A DNA stretch of 64,000 bases from Schizosaccharomyces osmophilus (Eukaryota), in assembly GCF_027921745.1 (NCBI RefSeq), contig NC_079238.1, forward strand, positions 3,410,001 to 3,474,000, read 5' to 3'. Below the pieces are notes generated by a model. It saw only the letters and a program-made list of their open reading frames with translations. It did no database searches and was not told the origin of the DNA. Position numbers and translations under genes: made by a program. Shown piece by piece: positions 26,861 to 40,744 of the stretch (its first letter is position 1; each line of letters opens with the position of its first letter).

Positions 26861-27158
26861 GTAAATAATTGAATGAAAGCTTTTTGTGTAAATACGTGCT
26901 CTCCTGAATCTCTCTAAATTCATAACAAACGAAAAATTTCATTAAGTCGTTTTAAATAAAACAATAAATCATGCATATATCAAATCATAAAAAAACCATA
27001 AATAACATAGATGTACCGCTTCGTCCGCCCTAACAAGAAGGCAAAAAGACGGCTCGGGGTTAGAAATTAAAAGAAATCAAGTTGGTTGCACCAAAACTGA
27101 TACCTTCATTATCAAATCTTGTCAAATTCATGTCGAGTGGATGTTCCGTCAACGAGCA

Positions 27159-28127
27159 TTACTTAAAATAAGACTGCTTGTTAACCACTAATGTATTATT
27201 GGAATTCTGGAATGACCAACTTGAAAATATTACCCTTTGAATTCCATATAGAAAGTATTGATTATTCAAAGAGCGAATTTGCAGATGAACACCATACTTC
27301 AGATATTTGAAAGAGCGTTCTGGAGTATCACGAAATAAATCCAGATATATTACTTGACGTATCGACGCTTTTGACTCATTGGGCATGTCCGAAAGGTCGT
27401 ACTGAATTAGATAAATTTTTATGAGAGTACCATCCAATCTCTTAATCATTACTTGCAATTGGCCAACTTGAGGAATTTGATATCCACAAACAGTAGTTTT
27501 TCTTTTCCTATTTTTCTGAGCTGTAGATTCAGGTACATAGAACTGACCAACATAAGGCGACTGAAAATCGCTGTCATCGGTTGTATAATATGCAGACCAA
27601 AATCGCATCTTAAAATGAGGGGGACATATCAATGAAGAGCGACATTTACACTGAGAAACGACACCAATATCGACTACAAAAGGAATGCATTGTGAAGGAT
27701 TAAGAGGCATTTTGCAGTTAAAGAGACTTTCTTCGTATGAACCAACAAATCTTCCCCACAACTCATTTCGTTTGGATTGTAATTGAAAATTTGACAGAGA
27801 GCCGAAGCAATTGGAGTGCACAGAGTTCTTCGAGAGTGATAGCCAAAAGCGATATTGGTCTTCGAAAGTTAAGGAGTTCTGATTGTCATCAATCAAATCG
27901 GGATCATCAAAATAAGGGACCTGATTCCTCAAAGGTGAGCTACATACAGGAAGATGTGGATGTGCTCCTTTTGCTTTCACCTTTTTTAGATCATAGAAGA
28001 CATTGTTGAGGAAGTCGACTTGTGCGCTTTGAGAACGAGACGATTTTCTCTTTAAAGGCCAACAATATTCGCTCTTTTCAGACTTTGATGGTAAAGGCAA
28101 AAAGTCCAATGAATAACAAGCAGGCAT
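27159..28127 (-). CDS. DUF4210 / Atossa (FAM214)-like protein
   Basis: Family motifs GRFVGSYEESL, CPPH, GQLQVMIK, YDLSDMP and LKYGVHL. Confidence 0.8.
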   Translation of the reverse strand: MPACYSLDFLPLPSKSEKSEYCWPLKRKSSRSQSAQVDFLNNVFYDLKKVKAKGAHPHLPVCSSPLRNQVPYFDDPDLIDDNQNSLTFEDQYRFWLSLSKNSVHSNCFGSLSNFQLQSKRNELWGRFVGSYEESLFNCKMPLNPSQCIPFVVDIGVVSQCKCRSSLICPPHFKMRFWSAYYTTDDSDFQSPYVGQFYVPESTAQKNRKRKTTVCGYQIPQVGQLQVMIKRLDGTLIKIYLIQYDLSDMPNESKASIRQVIYLDLFRDTPERSFKYLKYGVHLQIRSLNNQYFLYGIQRVIFSSWSFQNSNNTLVVNKQSYFK

Positions 28128-28364
28128 TGATCTCTGTGTTGGTGTCCACGGATTAATACACTTTGCAAGGTGCGAAAAGATGTTAAGAATAGGGAAGAAT
28201 TTACAGAATAGAAAATCAGAAAGAAAAAATGGTCAAGCGAGTACTATAGACTAGAGAGTATTCTTCTATCACCTATATTTAAAGTACGTACGTTTGCATA
28301 TCTTGCAGAAAAGGATATGCTCTTTTAGAATTCCCGTCAAATTAAGAAGAACATTGAAAAAAAA

Positions 28365-28388
28365 AATAATAATAATAATAATAATAAT
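28365..28388. repeat. (AAT)8 microsatellite preceded by an A tract
   Basis: Eight perfect AAT units read directly. Confidence 0.9.
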
Positions 28389-29063
28389 AAAATAAATCCA
28401 GAAACGGGAAATGTAAAGGCAAGAATACTTATTCAATTTTTTCAAGCATTTAGAGGTGGTTGTAAATGTAAGACAGTAAGACGTCTAACTTGATAAAAAC
28501 TTTTTAATATATATTTCGTTGAATTTAATCTTCGTAAAAAGTTCCAAATAGATTTTTAAGTACTGATGTATGTAGTAGTAAGTTGAAAACTGTCGTTCTC
28601 AGTAGTAGCTTTCAGAAACGTGTAACCTATACACTAAAACACATGAGGGCCAAGTACCAAGCTAAAAAAAACATATGAATTGAAAATAATAAATTGAATG
28701 TTTATAATATATTTTTAAATTTGTTCCCACTTTCATTCTAATATACTTTTCAATTATGAGACTATAAGCTTTCATTCATTATGAATGATTCATAGTACAT
28801 CTGGAAGCTCAGTCAAAAATAGTTTAATTGGTATTCTTTCTTATCGCCCTTCCCCGAAAAAAAGAGCAAAGAGTAGGACAAGAAGCTTGGTATAATAATG
28901 AGATATGGACTCGAATAGGATAAAACAGAAGGTGCATCAATCAATTTAAGTATTTCGATGGCCTATTTTAATACCTTCCATATCGGTTTCTTCCTTCCCT
29001 TCGTCCGCTGTAGAAATGTATTTCTTCTTCACACTGAGGGACACGATTTACGTCGTTTCGACC

Positions 29064-29548
29064 CTAAAACCCATGATTTTGGATCCATTCTTTTACGCGC
29101 TGAGAATGGTTTCCTTTGATAGAAATCTGTTTCGTCAATCGGTTAATAGAAGCATCGGCCTGAGAGATCCCAAGATCAGTAATTAATTTCTTTAGCAAAG
29201 CCTGTCAACTCGTAAGTAATTAATTTCTTTTAAACAGTGTGAGAAATAGTATCATCAAATAGAACAAACGAAACTCAATTCTTTTCCAGTTTTTTATCAA
29301 GAATGTTCTACCCTTAGACCGCTCATTACAACCTGTGAGGAAGTAAAGTCCTCAAGCTTATGAACACATACATTATCGTCTCCTTCAATTCGACGTATTA
29401 TCGTCTGAACTTGATTCCCACCGCTTTTATAATCAATATAAACCGGAAAATTCGCGGTCTTGCTCCTTGAAATTATAAAAGGCAGACTTTTGGAGGTTCC
29501 GGTTGAATAATGCCTTAACACACCAAAACAATTTCTTGTGAAAAGCAT
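29064..29548 (-). CDS. img2: Mitochondrial ribosomal protein mL49/Img2; exons 29548-29372 and 29201-29064
   Basis: SRSKTANFPVYIDYKSGGNQVQTIIRRIEGD; exon 2 ends KGNHSQRVKEWIQNHGF*; exon lengths 177+138 are in frame. Confidence 0.88.
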
Positions 29549-30449
29549 TTTTGCTGATCTTTTTTTTATTTATTTCTAAGACGGGAATTTGAGTGGTAAG
29601 GGTGAAGCTGGGTTTGTGAAATTATGTACTACCACCATGGTATGCATGGACGGTCAGCACCATAGTTCTTAGCGACTCAAGAAGCGTAATCGTGCTTTGT
29701 GGAATGTAGAAATGGTTCAATGTTGCTTTTTATTTCTTTTTTGCTTTTATTCCTACTTATTGAAAAGAGAAGAAAGGTTACCATTACGTACCAATATTTT
29801 ACTACTTTTATATAGTCAGCTTGTAACTTCATTCGAAACAGTACGTAAAATTTTAAATTCCATACGGTTCAGTTCCTTAAAGATTTTGTTTTAGTTCAAA
29901 GGAAGAGGTTTGCGAAACATTTTGTAACAATGGCAGTTAGTATAACTGAGCTTGGTATGGAAATCAACGAATATCCATTCACCTAAGCTAGACCACTGTC
30001 CCTCGATAGTTTAGATGACAATAAATACAGTAGTAAAAATAAAAACAGCACATCATAGCCAAAAGTATTTTAAAGGAGCATAAAACTCGGGGTTTCTAAC
30101 ATAGGACGTCGTCGCGTATCAGGTAGTAAACCTATGTTATTTGCGATCAAAACTTTGTAGCATATTCGGTTGAAGTAGTATATTAAAAGAAGGCTTAGTA
30201 GATTAATGTGAAAAGGAATGAGAGCGCTAATTATAATCCAAGCAAGGGCTCATCAATGAAATGGAAAGAAAGTGGAGAATGCGAGAGGATGGGGAAACAA
30301 AACAAGGGATTTGACAACTATTGTGTGTGTGATGCGTAATAAGATAGAGTTTGTAAAAGCTTACTCCAAACAGATGTAAATAGAGGAGTCAAAAAGGGAC
30401 TTAGCACGTAAAAGATAAAAATGCGTCAATTTTTGCTTTCATTTCCATG

Positions 30450-31793
30450 TTATAAATTTTCTTCATTAGACAATCCAACCACAGGCTCTCTTGTTGCTTG
30501 TGTATCATCGTTAGTCATTGGTTGATAGAGATAAACTGGATGAGAAGACTTGGGTGCAATTAAACCCATACGGTCATAAACGGAACGTGCTCTAATATAT
30601 TTATCCAACGACCAATACGATTCAATAAGTTGCCCGGCAAGCTGGCGGCGACGCTGTTTATCTTCTGGATTACCATTAAGGATCCAGTCAACGGTCGCTT
30701 CTTCGTAATCATGAGCAATCATATCTTTTTTTGATTTTAACTTTTGTCTCTCATCAACATTGTTCAACGCCTCTGATTCATTTTGACCAGGTTCTGGGTA
30801 AGTGTACTTCCAAGGGTTGGGCCCACCGAATTCTTTCAAGATGCTGTCTGCTTTAATGTATTGTTGTAAGTCTTTTACATTTCTGGTAAACTTGATCTTT
30901 GAAACAACGACTGGATCTAACCATGATTTAATAAAGGACCAAATACCTTGGAAAAGCCAGGGGGCTTTGTGCACAATACATTCACCCAAGCACTCAGGAT
31001 AATGAGCTTCAAAGCATTTAATCATAAACTTCAAAGGGCCGTAATCCATGTTTGAAAGACTAAAGTCTGTCATATCAAAAACAATGGTGGCAGTTTCAAT
31101 GGGCGGTTTTAAAATAAGCCGGGCGGTTTCCATGACCCAAACCGTAAGGCGCTCCACGGATTCGGGAGAAACATCACCGGCTTTGTGTAAACGAGCACGG
31201 ATATAGCAAACAGGACGGTTTTTTTTATCTTCACCAAAAATAAAGCATTTACCGATTCGTAATTGACGAACAAAATCATCGTCTTTGTCAAGATGGTCAG
31301 CATGATAAATAATATCGCTAACGTTCATTTCACGACTACGCCAATGAACAGTCTTTATAAACATTTCTAAAGCAGCTTCAACATTCCACTTTCTGGCTCG
31401 TAGGAACCGGAGCAAAAGGCCATCAGGGTCGTCACAGTTTACGGAATCCCAGAAAGCAAGTCGCAAGTCTTCTGGATCCCATTCGGAGGCGATTTTAGCA
31501 ATACGCTCGGCACAGCCTGTGGGTCTGGATTTTGCTTCTCGAGACTCCGAAGCATGAGAGGAGGAAAATGCATCAAGTTGAGATCTTGTATAAGAAACAA
31601 AACTCGATTCAGATGAATTTGCAGGAGAATCAGAAGAGCTGGGGGTGGAAAGATGAGTTTTCGCCGTTGACCAAGAGTTGGTTCGTTCGAGGATGGGTTT
31701 ATCAAAGAGTTTAAATAAAAGAGTCCATAATAACTTTAGTCTTTCCTCTTGGAATTCTGTAAGATTCCAGGGTCTACCGGCATCTTCAGGCAT
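30450..31793 (-). CDS. csr102: CRAL-TRIO (Csr1/Sfh2-like) phosphatidylinositol transfer protein
   Basis: ATG 31793 (MPEDAGRPWNLT); [26 protein letters not shown] and WLDPVVVSKIKFT. Confidence 0.85.
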   Translation of the reverse strand: MPEDAGRPWNLTEFQEERLKLLWTLLFKLFDKPILERTNSWSTAKTHLSTPSSSDSPANSSESSFVSYTRSQLDAFSSSHASESREAKSRPTGCAERIAKIASEWDPEDLRLAFWDSVNCDDPDGLLLRFLRARKWNVEAALEMFIKTVHWRSREMNVSDIIYHADHLDKDDDFVRQLRIGKCFIFGEDKKNRPVCYIRARLHKAGDVSPESVERLTVWVMETARLILKPPIETATIVFDMTDFSLSNMDYGPLKFMIKCFEAHYPECLGECIVHKAPWLFQGIWSFIKSWLDPVVVSKIKFTRNVKDLQQYIKADSILKEFGGPNPWKYTYPEPGQNESEALNNVDERQKLKSKKDMIAHDYEEATVDWILNGNPEDKQRRRQLAGQLIESYWSLDKYIRARSVYDRMGLIAPKSSHPVYLYQPMTNDDTQATREPVVGLSNEENL

Positions 31794-33447
31794 CTTGTTG
31801 AATGAGATTTCAGAGCAATCACACGTCGGAAACAGGGACAAGAAGAAAAAGGATTTGACAAAAAAAAAAAAAAAAAAAAACAAAAAGAGAGGGGAAAGTA
31901 AAAGAATCTGGGGAAATGGGACAAACAATAACCTTCTTTTCCTTTCTATAAATTCAACAATCGGTTTTCTTTGGTTTCCTGTAATCGAGGACAAGGGAAA
32001 CGCAACAGTCAGCAAAAAAAAAATCTATAATTTGCAATCCAAAGAGAACAAGCGAAATAGATGAGTAGAATCCCCAATAGCAAGATAATTTCACCGAGGT
32101 ATAGTGAAAGGTAGTAGTAATCTTTGGAAGCAAACAACAAAGAAACTAAATCTTATCAAGAGTAAAGCCACACAAACAAACAAGCAAGATCGTTAGCTAG
32201 CTAGCTGAAATGTCTAGTAAGATAAACTAGTAATACTCAATGTCTACCAAAACCTATCAAGCGTAGTAGCAGCAAAACCGGAAGTAGAACTTTCTATAAT
32301 GACGGTTAGTATTCAAGCCATCATATACTCAAAAAATAAAAATAAGAATATATCATCTTTCATAAATCCTATGAAGTTTATGAAAGCATACCAAACATGA
32401 AGACTGGGGACAACCCACATACATTCAAACGTCGTCGTCCAAAACAACAGCCGAGTACTCTTTCTCTTTGTATGAAGTTTCCTATAAAAAGAATCGTTTA
32501 CCTTGAAAATTTACTACCAAAAAGAAAACCCGGTTAGAAATCGGATAAGGCTAAGTTCAAAAGCACGGAGGAGTGAGTGAGGTTTCTAATTGCGATACTG
32601 CCTTGCGCGTTAAGAGCCAGTATGGTAGTACCGGTAACATGACAATAATGAAATCACAGATGGTACAGCATACGTACGTAAAAAAAGAAAAAAGAAAAGA
32701 AAACTAATATATTGAAGAAAGAAAAGATAAAAAACTTGGAACCAAAACGATGAGCATCTTCTTACTTGCAAGAGCAAAGGAGCGCCTCTTGGAAAAATGT
32801 ACACCAAGCCACTAGGAAAACGCTTGCAGCTGAAACCAAGCAAGCAAACGAAATATTCACATAAAAACAACAAGGATTAGAGTCAAAGAGCCGGCATAAA
32901 ATCCATAAAAACTCTCCGTTCTCTGCATTTTTTCTTGGACTTTTTGACTATTCCTTACTTTTTTACAATGACATCACATTCATTTGTTTTTTCTACGCAG
33001 CATTCCCGTACTAAATACTGATTGCCAGCCAGAACGCGTTTGCGCTATCAGGAAAATCAGATAAAAACACTAGTTTTTAAATAAACAAGGACGGTCTCTA
33101 TTACAAGTGAAGCACTGGGAAACTCTGCAATATGCGGCATCAAACGACAAGTTTTGGTACTGTTGATGTTTTTTTTGCTGATTTTCTTTCTCATTGATTC
33201 ATTTGTCATTTCTTTTTGTTCCTACTGTAAACAAAAATGGGCTCTTGGAAAGAATTAACGATACATTTCTTTTCAAAACGGTGTATATTCTTGATTTTTA
33301 TAATTACTACGAAATATAACGAAAAAAGCGTGCTTCATAAGTTATTCATAAAATCATTCATGGATTGGTTGCTTCCACAAAAAGGTGATCACTTAAAGCA
33401 AAAAGTAAAAGCAATCGGCAATCCGTCGTCGTTCATTGGGAAAGGAT

Positions 33448-35157
33448 TTACTCTTTGTTGATCTTGGACGTCAATTTTGCTTGTTCTACCAAAATACGGG
33501 GTGCATCCAACTTGGGCATAATCACTTCTACGAGTTGAATCACATCTGCAGAGGCAAATTGCTCATCCTTAAACAACTTTTCAATCTCTTGAGGAGTCTT
33601 GACGCGATAGGAACGTGATTGCTTGGCACCAAAGAACTTGAGCATGTCTTGGTATTGCCATTGAGTGTTGATATCGTTATAGCCTGCATGAAGACCGTGA
33701 ATAAGACGTTCTATGGTGTAACCATCGTTGTTAATTACAAAGATAATTGGCTTGAGATTTTGGCGAACGCAAGTCGAAATCTCTGTTGCCGTCAAATGCA
33801 AAGAACCATCACCGACCACCAAGATGGTACGACGGTCAGGTGTGTCAGAGTCTCTAACCCCCAAAGCTGCACCAAAGAATGCACCAACGGAATATCCAAT
33901 GGATCCCCACAACACTTGAGAAATGGCTGTAACGTCGGGAGGGAATCTGCAGTCCAAAATACCAAAGTTGGCTGTTCCCGTTTCCGTAACGACCACGTCT
34001 TTAGGCTTTAAGAATTCACCAAATTTTGGCCAGAACCAACTTTGTGTGATATCATTTTCCGTGTATCCGGAAGCGTGCTTGGGTTTGATATGGTAGCCCA
34101 AAACAGGAGCTGCCTTAGCTTGGCATTTTTGGGGATGCAAAACATTCAGCAACTTCCGGATCACATACTTCATGGAAACATCAGGATAGTAGGCATAACG
34201 AATGATCATGTGATCGGAGTGGAATTCAATTGAATTCTGTTGACTCAAGTGGTAAGAAAAGGAACCGGTGTTGAAATCGGATTTCAAAGCACCAAAGGAG
34301 AGCAAAAGATCGGTCGATTCAATACGTTCCTTTACATCGGGGTCACTGATGGAACCAACGTAGACACCATCGAAATATTTCGCAGTTTCATCCAATGCAG
34401 ACTTACCCATAGGAGTCACGTAACTGGGGAAATGCGTCAACTCTATCAATTGTTTTACTTCAGGAACGACGCGGTGGCGAATTGCACAAGCGTCAACCAA
34501 GATGACAGGCTTCTTGGATTTTTCAATCATTTCAACAACAGTAGTGAGAACTTCTTGTTCTGAAAGCGGATCATTCTCGGGTTCTTCAACTTCCAAGGGT
34601 TTCTTTAGCGCATCCGAGGAAGTCTTAAAGTAACCAGCGTCAGCAGGAACACCAATGTAAACTGGACGAGCCTTGCGGTAGCAAATTGTCAAGGCTTCGT
34701 CTATAGCCTTGGAAGCCTCTGCACCGTCTGTAATGACGGTGGTATAAGCACTCACAGGGCGATTCATTTCTACAAAAATGCCAAAGTCACCATTACCTAA
34801 AGTATGATGGAGTAGGGCGCCAGTACGTTGAGCCTTAGTGGAAGGCATACCGACAATGTGCACAATAGGGACATGCTCAGAGTATGCACCAGCCAAACCA
34901 TTGATGGCGGAAAGCTCACCAACACCGAATGTCGTTACAATGGCAGACAATCCCTTCACTCGGGCATAACCGTCAGCGGAGTATGCACCGTTGAGTTCGT
35001 TGGTGTTGCCCACCCAGCGGAAGCTTTCGTCACCGACATTGTCGATTAAATCGAGCAAGGTCAAATTGAAGTCTCCTGGAACACCCTGGATGGATTTTAC
35101 ACCCAATTGGCGTAATCTTTCGAAAAGATACTCACCTACTAAGATTTCTCCGGCCAT
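33448..35157 (-). CDS. pdc202: Pyruvate decarboxylase (TPP-dependent)
   Basis: GVPGDFNL, NELNGAYSADGYAR, GDGSLHL..INNDGYTIER TPP motif. The paralogue name comes from synteny. Confidence 0.9.
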   Translation of the reverse strand: MAGEILVGEYLFERLRQLGVKSIQGVPGDFNLTLLDLIDNVGDESFRWVGNTNELNGAYSADGYARVKGLSAIVTTFGVGELSAINGLAGAYSEHVPIVHIVGMPSTKAQRTGALLHHTLGNGDFGIFVEMNRPVSAYTTVITDGAEASKAIDEALTICYRKARPVYIGVPADAGYFKTSSDALKKPLEVEEPENDPLSEQEVLTTVVEMIEKSKKPVILVDACAIRHRVVPEVKQLIELTHFPSYVTPMGKSALDETAKYFDGVYVGSISDPDVKERIESTDLLLSFGALKSDFNTGSFSYHLSQQNSIEFHSDHMIIRYAYYPDVSMKYVIRKLLNVLHPQKCQAKAAPVLGYHIKPKHASGYTENDITQSWFWPKFGEFLKPKDVVVTETGTANFGILDCRFPPDVTAISQVLWGSIGYSVGAFFGAALGVRDSDTPDRRTILVVGDGSLHLTATEISTCVRQNLKPIIFVINNDGYTIERLIHGLHAGYNDINTQWQYQDMLKFFGAKQSRSYRVKTPQEIEKLFKDEQFASADVIQLVEVIMPKLDAPRILVEQAKLTSKINKE

Positions 35158-36394
35158 AGTATAGATTCGGTGGTTTGTAAATCAATGAAAGCTTGAAATC
35201 TTTCAAAAGTTGGGAGTAATTGTTTGTATCTAGTACTTCAGTAATCCTTCAATGACTATTTTTGAATAGTCTTCTTATGATTTCTGTTCCTAACGTTACT
35301 ATGTGTTTGTAAAAGCTGGTTTTCTGCGAGTGGATGTCCCTCCCTCTATATATGGGTCCTCTAATCGATAGCCCTCGGTATTAATAAACATTCATTATGC
35401 ATTCATAGCATACTTACTATTTCTTTTCGTCGTCAATGTGCGTCAGACATATGCAATTGTGATATCGATGTCATGGCCACAGTAGACTCATATTCACTCT
35501 CATTCCGTTCAATGGATTGTTAGTGAATGTAATTTAGGGTATTCAATGTTTCCCTGCATTTTTATTGCAAACAAATCGAACGAAAAACTTGAATTCTGCG
35601 TTTTTGGTTCTCTATGCCCTTGCTCTACAGACATCGTTATATACTAATACGATGTTGTCACTTGGTTTCCTATCCTTGAGGATTCGTAACATCATACATG
35701 ACCATAAAAAAAAAAAAAATTCGTTTTAAATTCATCTCTTAAGTTTATTTCTACTGAAATCTATTATGCATGAACGGTTACTGCCCAGGATTTGAGTAGC
35801 CCAAGAAGAAACTTGACTCGAATCGAAGTTTTCTTAGGTAAGGTAAACAAACCAGTGAATGTTACTTCACATGACTATGTCATATAGAAAGGAAGAGCCT
35901 GTAGGTCCTTTGTAGGACAAATTCTATTAATGTCTAGGTCTTTGTTGTGAACCAAATTACGCTTTTCTAATGTCATTCTTCACTTTTTATGACGAAGTGG
36001 TCCGTCCTCCCTTGCTCTATGTAAAAAGGCAATCGAATGCCGGTGGGGAAGAAACCCGTTTTGCTTGCAGTTGAACCCAACATAAGAAAACAAAGAAGAG
36101 GTAATGTTTCATAACAACATAGCATGCTTCTTTTTATTTTGTCGGGTGGTTACTCTTTTTGAAAAGTGAATTCACATAAAAGAGTTGCTTGTTTACAGGT
36201 TTGCTTTCGAGGGGAAAGAAAGGATAGCAAAGAGTCGTGAAGAAACAGCCTACGCTTTTGATCTCTTTAAAAGGGTTATAGATTACAAAATTGATTTCCT
36301 ATATGTCGTAAAACTATACGTTAACGGTATCGTAAAATTTAAAGTTGACGGTACAAGGAAAGGTCGATATAAGACGTTTTATTCTATGTTGGGT

Positions 36395-37960
36395 TTAATA
36401 TTTACGAGCCAATTCAACAATGGTACGAACAGGGCGACCACTCATACCATCACAGTCCCAGGCGTTCAATTTCTTGTCCATAACACCGGCGATATCAAGA
36501 TGGGCAAAGGAAACATCCTTCTTGGCTAAGAAGCACTTGATGAAAGCAGCGGCAACACATGCACCACCACCGCCAGCGCGATTGACATTGCACAAATCGG
36601 CATTCGAGGAGCCAGTCAATTGCTTCAAGTAAGCATCGTGGAAGGGCATACGCCAGAAGAGATCATCAGCAGTCTCAGCAGACGTTTCGAGATTCTTCCA
36701 AAGCTCTTCTCCTTGAACAAAAGCTCCGGTATAAACGTTACCAAGAGCAACTAGCATGGCACCTGTCAAGGTACTAGCTTCCAAAACGGCTTTCGTAGAG
36801 TAGTTGGAGGTAATGTAGTGAACAGCATCGGCAAGGACAAGACGACCCTCAGCGTCGGTGTTGTCGACTTCGACACTCAAACCATTTCTCATAAAAATAA
36901 CATCACCGGGCTTGACGGCAGAGCCAGAAGGAAGGTTTTCAGTCAAAGGAGTCACAAAAACTGTGTTGACGGGCAAGGAAAGTTGACTCATGGCGTAGAT
37001 GGCTGAAAGCATAACTGCGGCACCACCCATATCAGCACGCATTTCCTTCATGTTCATCGAAGGCTTAATGCTAATACCACCAGCATCAAAAGTGATACCT
37101 TTACCAACAAGACCAAGCCATTCCTCAGCAGCGGACTTGTCGGCTGCCTTTGTAGCACCACGATACTTGATTTCCAAGAAACGAGGGGGGATATCAGAAC
37201 CAGCATTGATGGACAACAAACCATTCATTCGCTGCTCATCAATCCATTTCTCATCGTGAATCTCAACATCGACATTTGGAGAGTCTTTGAAAAGCTCTTT
37301 GGCAAAGTTGCAAAACTCGATAGAAGTCAGGTAATTGGCGGGACATTCCATAAGGGAACGAGCCATGTTTTGAGCAGAAGCTTCAACTAGACCTTCGTGA
37401 AATTTCGATTGAGCAGCCAAGGTTGCTTCCTTTAAAGACGAAGAAGAAGAAGGAGTAAACAGCTGAAGAGAGATATTTTCAGGGGCAGGAGAAGAAAACA
37501 ATTCATCTTTGGGGACAGCTTTTCCATTTTGAGAAACGGCCAAGTGATCTCTTCTCATAGAAAAATCAAAAGTAGCCAATGCTGAGGCAAGAGCAGCGTC
37601 TTTTGGAAAATCCATACCGTCAACAGCGATTGATTTCGCACCATTTGATTTCAACAAGCGAGAAGCTTCGGCAGCAGCAGTTCGAATTGATTTCTCAGTT
37701 ATTTGGTCACTTAATTGTACAATAGCTAAACGGGTATAACCGTGTGCGTTCCAAAACAAACGAACATCATTGTCTTCGGGCTTTGTCTCAAAAAACAAGT
37801 CGGTCACTTTACGAAATTCTTCCAAGATAGAGCTCTTGTCACGACGAACTCCCAAAATTAAAGAGTCGGCTTTGGTAGTAGCCAATGGAATTTTAGGCAA
37901 CAAAAGAGAAGAAATGGAAGACCAACAGAAGCTTCTAGTACTTAAACCTGTTCCTTTCAT
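36395..37960 (-). CDS. M17 family leucyl aminopeptidase
   Basis: [28 protein letters not shown] and AHLDIAG; first ATG at 37960. Confidence 0.95.
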   Translation of the reverse strand: MKGTGLSTRSFCWSSISSLLLPKIPLATTKADSLILGVRRDKSSILEEFRKVTDLFFETKPEDNDVRLFWNAHGYTRLAIVQLSDQITEKSIRTAAAEASRLLKSNGAKSIAVDGMDFPKDAALASALATFDFSMRRDHLAVSQNGKAVPKDELFSSPAPENISLQLFTPSSSSSLKEATLAAQSKFHEGLVEASAQNMARSLMECPANYLTSIEFCNFAKELFKDSPNVDVEIHDEKWIDEQRMNGLLSINAGSDIPPRFLEIKYRGATKAADKSAAEEWLGLVGKGITFDAGGISIKPSMNMKEMRADMGGAAVMLSAIYAMSQLSLPVNTVFVTPLTENLPSGSAVKPGDVIFMRNGLSVEVDNTDAEGRLVLADAVHYITSNYSTKAVLEASTLTGAMLVALGNVYTGAFVQGEELWKNLETSAETADDLFWRMPFHDAYLKQLTGSSNADLCNVNRAGGGGACVAAAFIKCFLAKKDVSFAHLDIAGVMDKKLNAWDCDGMSGRPVRTIVELARKY

Positions 37961-38997
37961 GATGCACACAAGTGTAGGAGAATGAAAAAATGACAACAGG
38001 GGTTTTACTGCTTTTTTGAAAAAAAAAAAAGATCAGTCAGAGAATTTAGATGGGGAATAAATCAACAAAAAGTAGATTGCTGATTCTTCGTGCACGAAAA
38101 GAATTGCTTTGCGATTTTTTCCTTTCCAAGAAGTGATTTGGTAGAAAGTAAGAAGGTAGTTGACAATATAATCTCAATGAGTAAGAATATAATAATAAAG
38201 AGAATTTGAGTACAAATTCTATGTAAACAAACATTTTACTTTTGTAAAAAAAAAAAAAAAAAAAAAAAAATAGATTGAGTACATATATAGAAACACAAGC
38301 AAAGAACGATGTGGGATTTTGCATTCAAGAGTATTTTTTTACGATTGAATTTGACAACGTAAGCGAGTTGTTTATTTGAGCTAAAGGACTGTTGATTTTT
38401 GAAATTGTAACCATTATCAATTTAAATTAATGAGGCAATAGAGAGTGTCAAAATCTATCCGCTGTCTACAGTCATAGCATTTGAGCCCTTTCTTAAAGAT
38501 GGACTTGGTGCTTGAAAGTCAAACTTGGAATACTGGATAACTTGAGCACCTAAATATGTGTCTTTGACACACTAACAAATCGCTTTATAGGAACAGGGTA
38601 TTGTAAATATACGTCTAGTTTACTCTTGTTCGTCTTCTTCCTTTCTCATAATTCAACCGTCGCTATTATAATAACCCAATGCACCCAATATAACAAGGAT
38701 AAATTGATGATAACTAGTAAAACTGTGGTATACAAACTTAAAGAAATATACAATACAGATTGCAATGCAATCTTAATTCCATTTACTGACCTTTAACAAA
38801 GCCCTTTCAACTTCACCACCAAACGATAAGGAAAGCGGCGGGATTGGAATACACTAAAGGACAAGAAAAGGCACTTTGAAGGCATGCCTTATTCTTTAAT
38901 GAAATGAAACTTGAATTGCACTAAACTCTTGAAAAGTTCTTTGGGTCCGTTCTATCTTTAGATTGTAGTGACTTGGCTGCCTTTTTATTTTTGGGAA

Positions 38998-40744
38998 ATG
39001 GTAAATGATGTAGAGACATGTCCTCACGTAAAATTGCAATCTTCGTTTTTTGAATCTTACCATAAAATATGCGCGCAGGTATTTACTCGTAATGTATGTG
39101 ATTATGCTGAATTATTTGAATTACTGGGTTTTTTCTCCAGAATCAGGTAGAACAGGTTATTGATCATTCCTTTAGAACCTTCGACGTTGCTGTAGCGTCT
39201 GTAAAAAATCAAATAAACGAACTTTACGTTGTTTAGAATGTGAATTTACTGGATGCTTATGGGACGATCATTTTGAACAACATGTAAAAGAATTAAATCA
39301 TTCATTTGGTATGTAAAAGATGCAGGCAACCAAAATTTATTAAACCCCGTTCTTGATTTCTCCTACAATTCATGGAATGTGTGCATCATTATTTTTGTTT
39401 ATCGCTTGGAGAGGAATTAGAAAGGTTGGCAACTGACTAATATCTTACAGGTGCGGATTTAAAAAACTCTCATATATACTGTTACTCCTGCCAAGACTAT
39501 GTCTATCATCCGCGTTTAGAAATGTTACGAATAAAAGTTCAAAATATTCGAAGTTGGCAAAATAAACATAAACGGTTGCCTGATCGCTATGAGCAAACGA
39601 TATCACTAAATCCATACGAAAAGTATCCTTCCATTTGCCCTACCGCGGGTCTTCGCGGGATCCAAAATTTAGGAGCTACCTGCTTTATGAGCGTCATTCT
39701 TCAAAGCACTTTGCATAATCCTTTACTTCGAAATCTCTTTCTTAGTGGGTTCCATACCTCTGAAAATTGTAAGCGCTCCTCCTGCATGACATGCGCAATC
39801 GATAACATGTTCGCATCCATTTATGCCTCGAAAGAGAAAACAAGCTTCTACGGTCCAACCGTCATACTGAATCTAATGTGGAAACTGAGCAAAAGTCTTT
39901 CTGGCTATTCTCAGCAGGATGGACATGAATTTTTGGTGTACCTTCTCGACCAAATGCACTCCGAAAGCGGTGGAGATAATTCTTTCCCGTGCAACTGTCC
40001 TATCCATAAAATCTTCAGTGGATCTATGAAAAGCGTGATTACTTGTTGTGAATGTAAAACAAAAAAGGTTGCCACTGATCCTTTGATGGAGGTCAGCTTA
40101 GACTTGCATGAACCTTCTATTCAAGGATGCTTGGAAAGGTAAGTTAGTCGCCATAAAAGGTGATTCCTTGTTGACTAGTACGGTATTGGTAACCTTGTTT
40201 TGTCAGATATATTTCCCCTGAACAAATTCAGTATACTTGCAGCAATTGCAATGCAAAAGTGGCTACAAAGCAATTGTTTTTTGATAAACTTCCTCCAACC
40301 CTATGTTTGCAATTGAAACGTTTTGAGCAAAATTCATTTGCTATGTCCACCAAGGTGGATAAGTTGATTACTTATCCCATGCTTCTAAAGATGCAGTACA
40401 ACTTCAATCATGATTCGGTGAATTACCAATTGTATGCAATAGTTTGTCACAAAGGCACTTTGGATACTGGCCATTACATCGCGTATACTCTATTTCAGGG
40501 TCATGTATGTGAGAGACGAAGAAGCCATTTACAAGCTAACAAATTTTAGTGGTATCTGCTGGATGATACTACAATTACAGTCGTGCCAGAGTCCGAAGTA
40601 CTGAAAACACAAGCGTATGTACAAACATGAACTACAGTACAGTAGTAGCTGTGAGAAGATGTTCTAACCAATATTTTCAGATATCTTTTATTCTATCACG
40701 AGAAAAATTTGGTTTACGATGATGAGCATGTAGAAAAAAGCTAA
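38998..40744 (+). CDS. ubp8: SAGA deubiquitinase Ubp8, multiple introns
   Basis: ZnF-UBP exons (CPH, CLECEFTGC..HFEQH, YCYSCQDY), Cys box GIQNLGATCFMS, QQDGHEF, His box HKGTLDTGHY and terminal YLLFYHE. Confidence 0.9.

Noticed and set aside
31794..32015. 74-aa Phe-rich N-terminal extension of csr102 in the ORF track
   Set aside because: Non-ATG start translating a poly-T 5' UTR tract; the protein plausibly starts at ATG 31793.
37961..37996. In-frame TTG extension of the M17 aminopeptidase
   Set aside because: Only 12 codons, and the S. pombe orthologue as recalled starts at the equivalent MKG.
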